A DNA stretch of 64,000 nt from Hormiphora californensis (lineage: Eukaryota > Animalia > Ctenophora). The DNA lies in the NCBI GenBank assembly GCA_020137815.1, contig CM035350.1:10354001-10418000 (forward strand), read 5' to 3'. A model generated the notes under the pieces. That model was given only the letters and a program-made list of their open reading frames with translations. It did no database searches and was not told the DNA's origin. Positions 12,705 to 25,536 of the stretch are shown here, piece by piece. The position numbers were made by a program, and so were the translations under genes. Positions within the stretch are counted from its first letter, which is position 1, and every line of letters starts with the position of its first letter.

Positions 12705-14531
12705 TTAGTTAGAAGTAGTGGCATTGGATATTCTCCTGATTTGGCGGACAGCAGTTGAGTTGAGCTGCTCCGCAGGTAACGCTACCGAGTTAATTGTGTT
12801 GGTTGAGTAGGATAGGGACATGGTGCGGGGAAGTGGTCCCTTTCCAGTACACAAATGTACATCGCTCCGTATCTGGGTATGAAATTGAAAGTTGTAACGA
12901 TTGGGTACTTTATTTGGGTAGGTATCATCGCGCGCGACGCGCACACATACGGGACATATACCCAAACCCAAAATGTGGGACAATGCATTGTTGTGAGGCA
13001 GTGCCGACCCGATCTGTGGAGTGTGGACACGAGACAGCCCCGCCAGACTTGCCCCCCCCCCCCTTGGGTTTGAACCAAACAGGGATCATGCCACTCATAA
13101 ATAATACGGACCTGATTTCTTATGCGCCTGTTCTTCAGGCCAATAGCAAATTGGTTAAAGAGGGAGGTGAGGAAGACGGATACTGGTTTGAAGAGATTCC
13201 ATTCATTGCACATCATCATAAAGTCAAACTGCCATTTTGTAGGTAGCAGATAGTCGTTAATCTGGGGGGGGGGGGGGTTCAGTTCTAGTCCAGGATTCTA
13301 TAAGAGGAATCTTTGCCCCTTATCAGACGGATCAGGTATCATGCACAAGTAGTAGTACAAGTAGTAGAAGTATAGCACATAATACATATGGTACCTGTGT
13401 GGTAAGTAGAAGACTGACACCAAACAGATATGATGTACTAAGTAGAATCCCCTCAGCCAGGTTGGGGCCCTTCGATTGTAATGATCTGATCCGAGATCTG
13501 CTCTTACTGGTTTTAAGGGTGCTGCATCTATGCTTGTGGGTATGGTGGTGGCTATGGGACGCACTGGAGAGAAAGACATGTTATATTGGGCGGTGTTAGT
13601 TATGTAATGATGTACCAGTTGTGAGTTCGAAATTCTAGAAAACACAATCAGGTACTAAGTGAATTATGCACAACTCATAGCTGGTGTCATTAGTCCCTCT
13701 ATCTCAGAGAGTCTCTATCTTTCTCTCCGATGATCTCTCTCCCCCTCCCCTCTCTCATCTCGCCCTCTCTCTCTTCCTCCAAACACCACACCACACTTGC
13801 GGGAATTTTATATTTCAAAACTTACATGGTTGCCTTAGTGAGGAGGTATATAGCTACAGCGAGGGAGACAGTTATAACGAGTATCTGAAGAATACCAAAC
13901 AATGCTGAGAATCCTGTCGCAAACTGAAACACATGGGATTTAGAACTTAGTGTTTCAGTTTGACACACAAGTATTTCCACAACCCGTAGTCATATGAATT
14001 ATTAAAATATTAAATAGTTTGGTACGGCCATGTCCCCTTCCTTTTTGGGAACTAAACTTAGCGCCCACGATATCGTGAGAGAGGACAGCGCAGGAGGGAA
14101 AGAAAAGATGGGATATCATACCCAAATGAATATTCGGGGATTACTTGTTATGGCGACTCTACCTTGGTGTAGGTGAATGGTCCAACTGTTAGTTGGCCAT
14201 TGTAGTTCCACACGCAGAGGTGTCCCTCACTATCATATTGGAAGTAACTGTTCTTGATAAAGGCGCAGGGAACCAGAAATAAAAATATCGCAAGATACCT
14301 GGGGAGGGGGAGGGAGGGGAGAGTGAGGGAGGGGGAGGGAGGGGGAGGGAGGGAGGGGAGAGTGAGGGAGGGGGAGGGAGGGGAGAGTGAGGGAGGGAGG
14401 GTAACAATGGCAGTGAAGGGGACAGAGGTAGTAGTAGTACGGTATAGGGGGCGAGTAGTAGTACTATTTGTTACATGAGCCATGTGACTCCGGGCCACGT
14501 GTCTCTAGACACCAGATGTGCAGCTAGTGAG

Positions 14532-14601
<70 letters not shown>

Positions 14602-14820
14602 GGATTTATACGCACTACGACTACATGGATTATTCCAGGTAGCTATTTCTCCTGTGTAATTTGAGCGATAATAACCAAAGTGAGAGATGGAAGCAGATCG
14701 AAGAATTGATGGGGGAAAAGAACGGAGAGAGAAATGGGAAACATACTGGGAAGAAATAGAAAGGTCCGAATTGAAAAGTACTCATGTCTATCGTCATTCT
14801 CGCAATTATAAAATTATATA

Positions 14821-14909
<89 letters not shown>

Positions 14910-17084
14910 TCGTTTTTGTCACCTGAAAAAGGAGGAAAGTCGGAGTGATCGTGTTCGTATGTGACATCGAAAGGAGAGCGGGTCGATATAGGCGTAGGTC
15001 TGAAGGACGCATATCAGTGAGACGGTTGAACCAGATGCGAGGATCATGAATATCACTGCCATCCCATACAGGTTGCAGAGATGAGACAGGAAGGACCTGG
15101 AGGAGGGGGGGGGGGAGATCAGGATTCAGGGGACCTGGATGAAGGGGGGGGGGGGCTAAAGACTTGTTGAGTAAGGGGTACGTGTTACTCAACCACTAAA
15201 GACAGGAATAATTGGAGCTAGCTGATTATAATTGGTGTGTCTATAGACCAATAATACTGTGTGTTTTTAAATGACTGAGACTGTTCAAATCGACATAGCG
15301 TCAAAAGTTGTGAATATTTTGCTCTGAAATTTTAGGACAAGGTAGATGGCTACCTGCCATTTATTGTACTCGAATTTCAGCAAAATCGGTCGTTCCTGAA
15401 TGAACCTGTAGCCCGAAAACCTCCTCTAACTTTGAGCGCTCAGATCTCTGCAACCTGATGAGGTAGAGAGCTCAAACTTTCACAATATGTTGATTAGACA
15501 ATTTAAAAACTTTTGGCTGCTTGGTTTGGCGATATCTTTTTTAGTTCCTTCGCAGGAACACGGCAAAGTGGTGTAAGTCGGCCTAATTTGGAGCATTTTT
15601 GCACTCAGGTATCACGTATCACGTGTCTTACTGGGGGTAATCAGCCCTCAGCCATGTATTACACCGATTATGTAATTGGTGCTGAGTGTGGTAAAGTGTG
15701 GCGCTTCGTCAGCAGACGTGTTCAATGTTCATAGTGTCCGAAATCGGTCACAAGCTGAAATCCAGACAAACTTTTCTAATTCTCTTCCTTTACATTCTGC
15801 TGTCCCTCTCTCTTTCTTGTTACAAGGTCACGTGATTAGATGTGGAACATCTCGACATGATAACAACGTCTAGTGTCACCGATTCGCTCTCTCTATCTGC
15901 TGAGTATAACTCTCTCGTCATGACGAAGAAGATTTGACTCTCTTCCTTTCTCTCTATTTCTCTCGCTATCTCTTTCTCTCTCTCCCTCTCTCTCTTGTCA
16001 TGACGAAGCGCCACACTCTACCACACTCAGCACCACAGCTAGTCACGTGACCCTGTCAACGATTTCAGACACTATGATCACGTCTACTGACGAACTACGA
16101 AGCGCCACACTTTGCCACACTCAGAACCAATTACAGAATCGGTGTAACACATTGCTTGGGGCTGATTACCCCCAGTAAGACACGTGATACGTGATACCTG
16201 AGTGCAAAAATGCTCCCAATTAGGCCGACCTACACCACTTTGCCGTGTTCCTGCGAAGGAACTAAAAAAGATATCGCCAAACCAAGCAGCCAAAAGTTAG
16301 TAACTTATCTAATCAACATAGTGTGAAAGTTTGAGCTCTCTACCTCATCAGGTTGCAGAGATCTGAGCGCTCAAAGTTAGAGGAGGTTTTTGGGCTACAG
16401 GTTCATTCAGGAACGACCGATTTTACTGAAATTCGAGTACAATAAATGGCAGGTAGCCATCTACCTTGTCCTAAAATTTCAGAGCAAAATATTCACAACT
16501 TTTGACGCTATGTCGATTTGAACAGTCTCAGTCATTTAAAAACACACAGTATAACTGCACACAGATCCCACACAGAACCATCCCTTCCCACACAGAACCA
16601 TTCCGTCTAGGCTGATCGTTATGACGTCACAGATGGTTTAAATCCCAACTCCCTATCCTAATTATCCGAGTAGTGTGGGAACTGGGAACCGCTAACATAA
16701 TAACACCATCTCTCTCATTTCAAGGGAGGATCCATCTCACTCATCTATCTAATCAATGAGATGAGGTGAGATAGTACTCACTACCAACTCACCAAAGGTT
16801 GTCACTGACCAACCCAAACCCCACTCCAAACTAACACCAAACCCCACCCCAAACTAACACCAATTCTGGCCAAAACTAATCCTTAGCCCCGGCCCAAAAC
16901 CAATCTCCCCTAGTTACTTTGGGCTGTAGAAGGTAGCAATAAAGAGCGGTATTATCACTATTGCTGTTATCATGTCCTCCAGACACAGCCCATACACGAG
17001 GCCGTTGATGGGAGTCCGACAGTAACGGTGCCGGTACGTGAACAATATAGTAGTGTTCAATAGGAGTATCAACACTGATATCAC
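12705..17084 (-). CDS. Divergent class A (rhodopsin-like) GPCR; N-terminal exon(s) probably further up (~17260-17950)
   Basis: In-phase exons 17084-16918 (TM1 VISVLILLLN, RTPIN, TM2 LCLED), 15096-14923 (TM3 LCNLYG...SLICVLQTYAYIDPL), 14298-14163 (TM4 and ECL2 Cys) and 13923-13826 (TM5). Later exons at ~13635-13393 (TM6 FYLP), ~13262-13110 (TM7 SLFNQFAIG, helix-8-like RRIRNQ) and a tail to ~12705 are less certain. Confidence 0.75.
14535..14905. repeat. (GA)n and (CT)n microsatellites facing each other within one GPCR intron
   Basis: (ag)n at 14535-14597 and (ct)n at 14824-14905. Confidence 0.9.
15257..16549. mobile_element. MITE with ~470-bp terminal inverted repeats, TA-flanked (Tc1/mariner-type signature), in a GPCR intron
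   Basis: ta|ctgtgtgtttttaaatgactgag... and ...ctcagtcatttaaaaacacacag|ta; the long arms are near-identical reverse complements (mirror-image ORFs 15513+ and 16084-). Confidence 0.9.
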
Positions 17085-17732
17085 CTGTAAATAAGGAGGG
17101 GGTATTGATATTGGAGTAGTTTGGCAGAATCATTCTCTAGTGCCAAACAGAGGGGAACAGCGGGGACATGCAGGGGGCAGTAAGAGAGACAAGGCAGGGG
17201 ACATGCAGGGGGATAGCTAACAAGGCGGGGGGGGGCATGCTAGTCAGGGGATAGCATTAGCATGTATCACAGTTGGGAAGGGGAGAGGTATTATAGTGGT
17301 AGATTGGGGTTGCCTGGGCCCACAGGGGACTATAATCGCAAAGCGAATTCGCCAGCACTAGGAGAATAGCGCCCCTCCCCCCACCATCAGGAACTGCCCA
17401 TTGGTACAGGTTCACACTATAGGTGGCGACGGGTTCGGGAGAGTAAACTCCTTCGAAAGTCACAGGATTTTGATTCTAATTTCCTATGAGTCTTGGATCC
17501 GTGACTCTATCCCCCTGCGACAGGTGGGGATAGGGCCTTCTAATCTAGGTCTTGATTATTGAGTTTATTTGCTTTTTCGATTAGCTTGATAGCTACCGCG
17601 TAGCCCGTATTTGTAATCAATATTGTGGCCTCATCTTTCAGTGATTCAATAGCATAGGTTCATTCGAGTGTTAATCGCATTAGTTATTATGATGTAAAAC
17701 GAGGCACAGAATTATCTCACGATCCAATGTTG

Positions 17733-17883
17733 AGGGTTAGGGTTAGGGTTAGGGGTTAGGGTTTAACATTCTCACGGTTCAGCTAGTAACAATCAGAGAC
17801 CGGAGAGGGTTTAGAGAGGGTTTAGAGAGGGGCCAGAAGAGGTTTTATTCCTCAGGGGTTAGGGTTAGGGTTAGGGTTAGGGT
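17733..17883 (+). repeat. Short interstitial telomere-like (TTAGGG)n tracts
   Basis: gggttagggttagggttagg at ~17733-17763 and ~17856-17883. Confidence 0.8.
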
Positions 17884-18164
17884 TTTTCCATCAATCTACA
17901 GTCCTCCGGCCCCACTGCCTCGCCCCCTTTCGCTGCAACAGGAGGACACATCGCAAGTGACCTGGATAGATGGCAGGGAGAGAGAGAGAGATATAGAGAG
18001 AGAGAGAGGAGTAGAGAGAGAGGAAGGGAAGAGAGAGAGAGAGACCGAGGAGTAGAGAGAGAAGAGACGAGAGAGAGAGAGGGAGCGAGAGAAGAGGAAG
18101 AGATAGAGGAGAGAGAGAGGTAGGAAGAGTGAGAAGACGAGAGGAGGAATTAGGAGAGAGAGAG

Positions 18165-18207
<43 letters not shown>

Positions 18208-18279
18208 TGACGGTCATTCAGCCGCATAGAACACTTTGTTATTAGACCAGTTAACTATGTAGCTAATGACTGCTGTATC

Positions 18280-21200
18280 CTAGACAGCTGGATCGATCCA
18301 CTCAGTCACTGGAACAAAGATATGTGCAGTGGGAGATAGATCACAGTGGGAGATAGATCACAAGAGAGAGGGAGAGAGAGAGGTAGAAGGTATCATGATA
18401 CAAGAAACAACATGGTACTACCTTGACGAGGCAGTCAGGGGGATGGTTGTCAGACCCTTCGTTGTACTCAATAAGATCCTGCATCTGCATGTGACTCATT
18501 TCTAGCATTCCCTTCAGAAGTGTCTAGGGAGGGAGTTTTACACAATCAGTATAATAGTAATCAGTGCAGAAGATATGAAGGGATATTCTATCGAGACAAT
18601 TCATACTGGTCCCTGATTGGCTGATAACCAGTCACGTGACCTAAATAACGAGTTCTGATTGGACAATTCATATTGGGAGGGATGAAGACCAGTATCATGA
18701 GAGAAGACACCCCTGTCTCCTCCCAACTTAGAATGGGGGAAGGGGGTGGGCATTCAAACCTGGAACTTGTTGATTCTGTTTTGTTTGAGTTTAGCACGGA
18801 ATACTAAACGAGCACATTTCTGTTCGAACCCGAGGCTCCGTATCTTGATCAGAATGTTATCCAACTCTTCGTAACTGCCACCCTCTAGCGTTCTCTCTAG
18901 GGTATCTGAGCTGTGCAGATTGGAGGGTTACTAACTAATAACTGCCACCCTCTAGCGTTCTCTCTAGGGTATCTGAGCTGTGCAGATAATACTCGTGTCA
19001 AGGTTACTAATGTTAACTGTGCAGATGATACTCGTGTTAATGGGACCACACTGTACAACATATGACGTAGTGACGTAGTATGCAACGTAGTATGTAACGT
19101 ACTGTTGAAGAAAAAAGAGGACCTCTCTGGCCCATTTCAGAATTCTCTCTTCTTCATTAATTTTCTTCCTTGAAGCCTTTTCAATTATTGGACCCATTGT
19201 GAGAGCGTCTCTCTTGGTGAGCTCCACGGCGAGATCCCATAAAATACGGGCCTTTAGTACCCGACCATCACACATTATCTGTAAAGGGGGGGGTGGATAT
19301 TACTACACCATCACCAGATCAAATCAGTATATATTATATAGTTTATATACCTTTCGTTGGAGTGCCTGGTCAATGTGGATGGCGTCTTCATGGTATCTCT
19401 GAGCTTTCTCAAGGATCTCTGATGCTATCTTGGCCCTGCTCTCAGCAAGTTCTAGTTCAATCCTCTGCTTCTGGAGACCATCTTCCGCGTTTTGCTAAAA
19501 CAAGAATGAAACAATTAGAGTCTCCAAGAGATAGAGGAGATGACATGTCCATTTCTCATTTCAATTCAACTCCCCTGTCCCTCCCTATTTTCTGTAACTC
19601 ACATTTTCACACTGCCACGCAGCGTCTTCCTGTCTGCATGCGTCCATATACCCACTACGCAGCTTATCTACTGCTCCCGTTCTATTCCAACTTTTCACCT
19701 AGCAGAAACGTGTCATGTGATGTGAGAGGCTGGTCAATTTTAATTTGTCACCATGACAACCCCCTCCCCAACCAACCTGGTCGACGGTTATCTTTTTCTC
19801 AGATAGAGAATCAATCCTGTTTTCAGATGTGTTCTTGTGGCAAATGTAAGCTAGAATTGCTGCCACCACAAGGAGTCCCACAGCGCCTCCAGTTCCATAG
19901 ACCACACTGGGTGGGAGGGGGGTTATTGTTTAGTTATTGTTTAGAGATGGTCGGTGAGAACTTGCCTAGGTAGGGGTTGAACAAGTGAGAACATGGTCTA
20001 GATGGTCGATAAAGGAAAGGTTATATGCATCATTGCATTTATTTAATTCTTCTAAATATAGTTATTCAACATGGGATTATGTGGGCTAAAGTTACATATC
20101 GAGGCAGACCTTTGTAGCATACCCCTTTTCAGACTCTAAAGCGAACCCAGATCTCTATATTTATATGTAGGACTGAACCACGATACATGTGTGTAGGAGG
20201 TATTACACGATACATGAGAGGTGGGGCAACCCTGGGCGGAGTGGGTGGGGGGGCAACACTGGGTGGGGGGGGGGGTGGGGGCAACACTGGGTGGAGTGGG
20301 TGGGGGCAACACTGGGTGGGGGGGGGGGGCAACACTGGGTGGAGTGGGTGGGGGGTAACACTGGGTGGAGTGGGTGGGGGCAACACTGGGTGGGGGGGGG
20401 GGGGGCAACACTGGGTGGAGTGGGTGGGGGGTAACACTGGGTGGAGTGGGGTGGGGGGGGGCAACACTGGGTGGAGTGGGTGGGGGGGGGGGGCAACACT
20501 GGGTGGAGTGGGTGGGGGGGGGCAACCCTGGGCGGGGGGGGGGACACTGGGCGGGGGGGGGGGGTAACACTGGGTGAAGTGGGTGGGGGCAACACTGGGT
20601 GGGGGGTGGGGGCTAGTATACCACAAACTATACTACTGGCATGGTGTCAACTGCATTACGTTGCCTGTAGCACCTGACAAAACAGTACGTACTACTTCCA
20701 GGTGTGGTTGGTCAGGCAGCAGTGAATTCCATCCTCTCCGCAGCAGTCGTACTCGTCAGGACAACTAGTGGGATAATAGGAGTCAGGACAACTAGTCGGA
20801 ATAATAGGAGTCAGGACAACTAGTCGGGTAATAGGAGTCAGGACAACTAGTCGGAATAATAGGAGTCAGGACAACTAGTGAGATAATAGGAGTCAGGACA
20901 ACTAGTCGGGTAATAGGAGTCAGGACAACTAGTCGGGTAATAGGAGTCAGGACAACTAGTGGGATAATAGGAGTCAGGACAACTAGTGAGATAATAGGAG
21001 TCAGGACAACTAGTGAGATAATAGGAGTCAGGACAACTAGTCGGGTAATAGGAGTCAGGACAACTAGTGGGATAATAGGAGTCAGGACAACTAGTGAGAT
21101 AATAGGAGTCAGGACAACTAGTCGGGTAATAGGAGTCAGGACAACTAGTGGGATAATAGGAGTCAGGACAACTAGTCGGGTAATAGGAGTCAGGACAACT

Positions 21201-22230
21201 AGTGAGATAATAGGAGTCAGGACAACTAGTCGGGTAATAGGAGTCAGGACAACTAGTGGGATAATAGGAGTCAGGACAACTTGTCGGGTAATAGGAGTCA
21301 GGAAAACTAGTCGGGTAATAGAAGGAGTCAGGACAACTAGTCGGATAATAGGAGTCAGGACAACTAGTCGGGTAATAGGAGTCAGGACAACTAGTCGGGT
21401 AATAGGAGTCAGGACAACTAGTGGGATAATAGGAGTCAGGACAACTAGTCGGGTAATAGGAGTCAGGACAACTAGTGGGATAATAGGAGTCAGGACAACT
21501 TGTCGGGTAATAGGAGTCAGGAAAACTAGTCGGGTAATAGGAGTCAGGACAACTAGTGGAATAATAGGAGTCAGGACAACTAGTCGGGTAATAGGAGTCA
21601 GGACAACTAGTGGGATAATAGGAGTCAGGACAACTAGTGGAATAATAGGAGTCAGGACAACTAGTGAGATAATAGGAGTCAGGACAACTAGTCGGGTAAT
21701 AGGAGTCAGGACAACTAGTGGGATAATAGGAGTCAGGACAACTAGTCGGAATAATAGGAGTCAGGACAACTAGTGGGATAATAGGAGTCAGGACAACTAG
21801 TGGGATAATAGGAGTCAGGACAACTAGTGAGATAATAGGAGTCAGGACAACTAGTGAGATAATAGGAGTCAGGACAACTAGTGAGATAATAGGAGTCAGG
21901 ACAACTAGTCGGGTAATAGGAGTCAGGACAACTAGTTGGATAATAGGAGTCAGGACAACTAGTGGAATAATAGGAGTCAGGACAACTAGTTGGATAGAAG
22001 GAGTCAGAGATAGTTATAAGTGGGCACTGTTCCATTGAAAACGCGACTTACTAGTGTGTCAAGTAGGAGGTGGATTTGCAAACTTCATACGCTCCAACTG
22101 AAACCAATGGAACCAGGAAAACCTGAGATAACGATATATTAATACCGCATCTTTATAAAAGATATTTCAGCTCCACTGACCTGGATAACTGTGTGTAACA
22201 ACATGATGAGAAACAAGAAAACAGAAGTGT
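18280..22230 (-). CDS. Single-pass membrane protein: signal-like N-terminus, small Cys-rich ectodomain (VOPP1/Shisa-like spacing), TM helix, helical cytoplasmic region
   Basis: Exons give ...GAYEVCKSTSYLTHY|CPDEYDCCGEDGIHCCLTNHTW|VVYGTGGAVGLLVVAAILAYIC (TM), then exons at ~19700, ~19494, ~19278, ~18915 and ~18524. Start and end are approximate. Confidence 0.55.
18603..18665 (-). repeat. Short interspersed repeat fragment (ccaatcagaac...tttaggtcacgtgactggttatcagccaatcagggaccagta)
   Basis: Translates as PIRTRYLGHVTGYQPIRDQY, which I recall as a common repeat-derived peptide in Pleurobrachia gene models (recollection, not checked). Confidence 0.5.
20220..20605. repeat. G-rich minisatellite (caacactgggtggagtgggtggggg)
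   Basis: Visible degenerate ~25-bp repeat with G-quadruplex potential. Confidence 0.9.
20755..22007 (-). repeat. 27-bp tandem array (~46 copies, several variants) spanning an acceptor and exon start
   Basis: Minus-strand unit tcctattatcccactag|ttgtcctgac; the last copy runs into the exon ttgtcctgacgagtacgac at 20764. Confidence 0.95.
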
Positions 22231-23269
22231 GTGTGTGTTCGCATGCAGTGCACGCCACACGTCATACTTGACAAGAACACACTGGAATCTTTTTAGGAAG
22301 GAAAATGACAGTTCCATGTTATTTAAATGATGAATAATTCAAGTTCAGTAACAAATATCGTACTCAAGTACGGCTGATACCAACTCTGAGTTCTGACCGT
22401 GGCGACAACCGATAACTCATAATTTAAACTTTTATAAATACTATGTAAATACTATGTATGTATGTATCCACCCTCCCACTCCCAGGTTGGCAAACACAAC
22501 TGTACAGGAGGGGCGGCAGACGAGAGTTTCAAAAAAAATAACGGAAATCTGCCGACAAAATCCGCCATCTTGGATCATACGCGGAAAAAATTGAAACTCG
22601 TTTCAATTTCGAAACGAGTGCGCGCGCCTAAAACTTAGCTTTAGCGATGCAATCAAAGCGCGCTGAAAAGTGAAAAGTCGCGTTGGATAAAACCCTTTCC
22701 TTGTTGGGGTTCGTGAATTTAACTTTCCTTCTTATTAGTTCAGATGATTTGTATAATTCCTAATGTGAATTGTATTAGTGGATAATTGAATTGTATTAGT
22801 GGATAATTATTCCCAAATACTGTTTGTTTTTTGAATCTTGAAATCAAGGTACCGGTGCCACGGTGGTTGCTTTCTGCGCCATTTCATTAGGAGTAGGACA
22901 GTGCACAGGCCGAATTACGCCTAAAAGGCGTAATTCGGCCTTTTTGGTAGCCCCTCGGGAGGGTGTTATTCACACATCTAATTGATCAATGAAATAATAT
23001 AACTCAGTAGATCTCTCTTTCACACCAAGCTTAATTAGGGCGTGAAAAACCATCTCACACGGAGTTTGTGCGTCTGTGTGTCAGTATTTTTCTTCCCATG
23101 GAACCGAAGTGCTCACTTTCAAACGGCAGACTCTTTTGCGGAGTTCTGCCCATGGAACTAGGGGGTAAGGAGTAGGACAACAGGACTCTTATAGTTGTCT
23201 CAGAAAAGACTGCCCTCTCCTTTCCGGGTGGAGCAGTACTACACCATACTGCTGCAGTACCCCGTCGAC

Positions 23270-23932
23270 CTCATCACTGGGAATATTAAATCAGGAGCAG
23301 CTCTCCACGCTCTCCACACCGATCACGAGATCAACTGGAGTGCTACGGAGATCCTGTCTACTGCGGCATCATCGGCCCACCTAGACATGTTAGAACAGGC
23401 GGCCATCCAGACCCTCCAGCCCTCGCTCAACCGGACTTCCAAAGCTCCTTCCGTCAGCCAGCAATGGGACCCCATCCTCCCCATTGTTGCATCCTCCTTC
23501 AACCCCCGTAGTGCCAATATCCCCGCCTTCCAGTCTCCCTCCGTCCCCACTCCCCCTGCCACTAACCCGTCTCACGTATCACAGCTGTAGCCCCCCTCTC
23601 CCTCCCTGCTCTCACCCCCCCCCTCTCATCATACCACAACAACCCAGCTCACCACCCTATCTCGTCTCCACCCTGTCACCCAATCCAATCACACCCTGGG
23701 TATTTATACCCACCACTCAACCCATTCACCCTTTCCGCTGATGAAGATTACCCCAGTGTAATTGAAAGCTACGGTAAATTTGTTTTCCAAAGTACCAAAA
23801 TACCTCGTGTTTACCTTGTCTATTGTTTCCTGGTACTATCAGCCCTCTATGGATCTACAGCCTCCACGAGACTCAGCATCCAACAGCCCACCCTAGCGGT
23901 CACCTCGTGCCACATCGCCTTCTCAAACTTTT
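23270..23932 (+). mobile_element. Penelope-like retroelement fragment (GIY-YIG C-terminus, pseudo-LTR, possible ORF start), cut by the gap
   Basis: KSGAALHALHTDHEINWSATEILS...LEQAAIQTLQPSLNR matches the PLE GIY-YIG tail and is followed by a hammerhead motif. Confidence 0.75.
23732..23778 (+). ncRNA. Minimal type I hammerhead ribozyme
   Basis: CTGATGA (23738-44); stem II gattac/gtaatt; GAAA (23764-67); palindromic AGCT stem III; CUA cleavage triplet (cut after 23771); stem I ttccg/cggtaa. Confidence 0.75.
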
Positions 23933-24032
23933 NNNNNNNNNNNNNNNNNNNNNNNNNNNNNNNNNNNNNNNNNNNNNNNNNNNNNNNNNNNNNNNNNNNN
24001 NNNNNNNNNNNNNNNNNNNNNNNNNNNNNNNN
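23933..24032. other. Assembly gap (100 N)
   Basis: Run of n. Confidence 1.
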
Positions 24033-24034
24033 CA

Positions 24035-24972
24035 CTTTGTGTTTTCAGAATCTTGTGAGAATACAAGTTGCAACTTTGTGTTTTCCAGAATCTTGTGAGG
24101 AATTGAGGAATACAAGTTTGCAACTTTTGTGTTTTCAGAATCTTGTGAGAATACAAGTTGCAACTTTGTGTTTTCAGAATCTTGTGAGAATACAAAGTTG
24201 CAACTTTGTGTTTTCAGAATCTTGTGAGAATACAAGTTGCAACTTTGTGTTTTCAGAATCTTGTGAGAATACAAGTTGCAACTTTGTGTTTTCAGAATCT
24301 TGTGAGAATACAAGTTGCAACTTTGTGTTTTCAGAATCTTGTGAGAATACAAGTTGCAACTTTGTGTTTTCAGAATCTTGTGAGAATACAAGTTGCAACT
24401 TTGTGTTTTCAGAATCTTGTGAGAATACAGGTTGCAACTTTGTGTTTTCAGAATCTTGTGAGAATACAAGTTGCAACTTTGTGTTTTCAGAACTTGTGAG
24501 AATACAGGTTGCAACTTTGTGTTTTCAGAATCTTGTGAGAATACAAGTTGCAACTTTGTGTTTTCAGAATCTTGTGAGAATACAAGTTGCAACTTTGTGT
24601 TTTCAGAATCTTGTGAGAATACAAGTTGCAACTTTGTTTGTGTTTTCAGAATCTTGTGAGAATACAAGTTGCAACTTTGTTTGTGTTTTCAGAATCTTGT
24701 GAGAATACAAGTTGCAACTTTGTGTTTTCAGAATCTTGTGAGAATACAAGTTGCAACTTTGTGTTTTCAGAATCTTGTGAGAATACAAGTTGCAACTTTG
24801 TGTTTTCAGAATCTTGTGAGAATACAAGTTGCAACTTTATGTTTTCAGAATCTTGTGAGAATACAAGTTGCAACTTTGTGTTTTCAGAATCTTGTGAGAA
24901 TACAAGTTGCAACTTTGTGTTTTCAGAATCTTGTGAGAATACAAGTTGCAACTTTGTTTGTGTTTTCAGAAT
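24035..24972 (+). repeat. 39-bp tandem array (~23 copies) containing an acceptor-like ctttgtgttttcag
   Basis: Unit ctttgtgttttcagaatcttgtgagaatacaagttgcaa. Confidence 0.95.
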
Positions 24973-25536
24973 GCAACTATAGAACTCTCCCGCCAGATAT
25001 GACTGATATGACTGGTTCATTGATTTGATGACAGACAAGCAGAATTACATTCTCTATTTTCAAGTTTATTAATCTCTGTTTTCATTAATCGTCGATTCCG
25101 ATTTACCGAGATTTACCCAGAGCTCGCAAAGTTCAATTATCTTCTTCAACTTCAATTGTTTTTGTTTAGCCATGATTGCATCCACTCCCATCATGATGGC
25201 TCTCCAGTTGTCTCCCCACCCTGGATTTCATTATATACGTGCCACATATTATAACACACACACACACACGGCACACAGCTATAATAACTCCCCACACCTA
25301 CTGCAGCACGTCCCCTATACCGATCCACTCCACACTGCACGTCCTCCACACGTGTTAATGTCACATATAGAGCTCCAACTATTCAACTATTCAACTATAG
25401 ATTCTTAATGTTGACTGTTAATCACTCCCTTACACCGCACAAGTGTTACCCTTCCTAATTGAATGATGTTTTTACCACCGCAAATTTATCTCAAAAGTCA
25501 AATTGTGCGACATCTTTCTTCCGATAGTGTGCAGGC

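Noticed and set aside
12794-13246. Plus-strand 150-aa ORF; likewise 19293-19973
   Set aside because: They are antisense to better-supported minus-strand spliced genes and have no recognisable motifs.
15455-15480. ctgatgag in the MITE arm as a hammerhead core
   Set aside because: There is no correctly placed GAAA or stem I/III.
20755-22007. CRISPR-like appearance of this and other regular arrays
   Set aside because: There are no unique spacers and no cas genes, and the context is eukaryotic introns.
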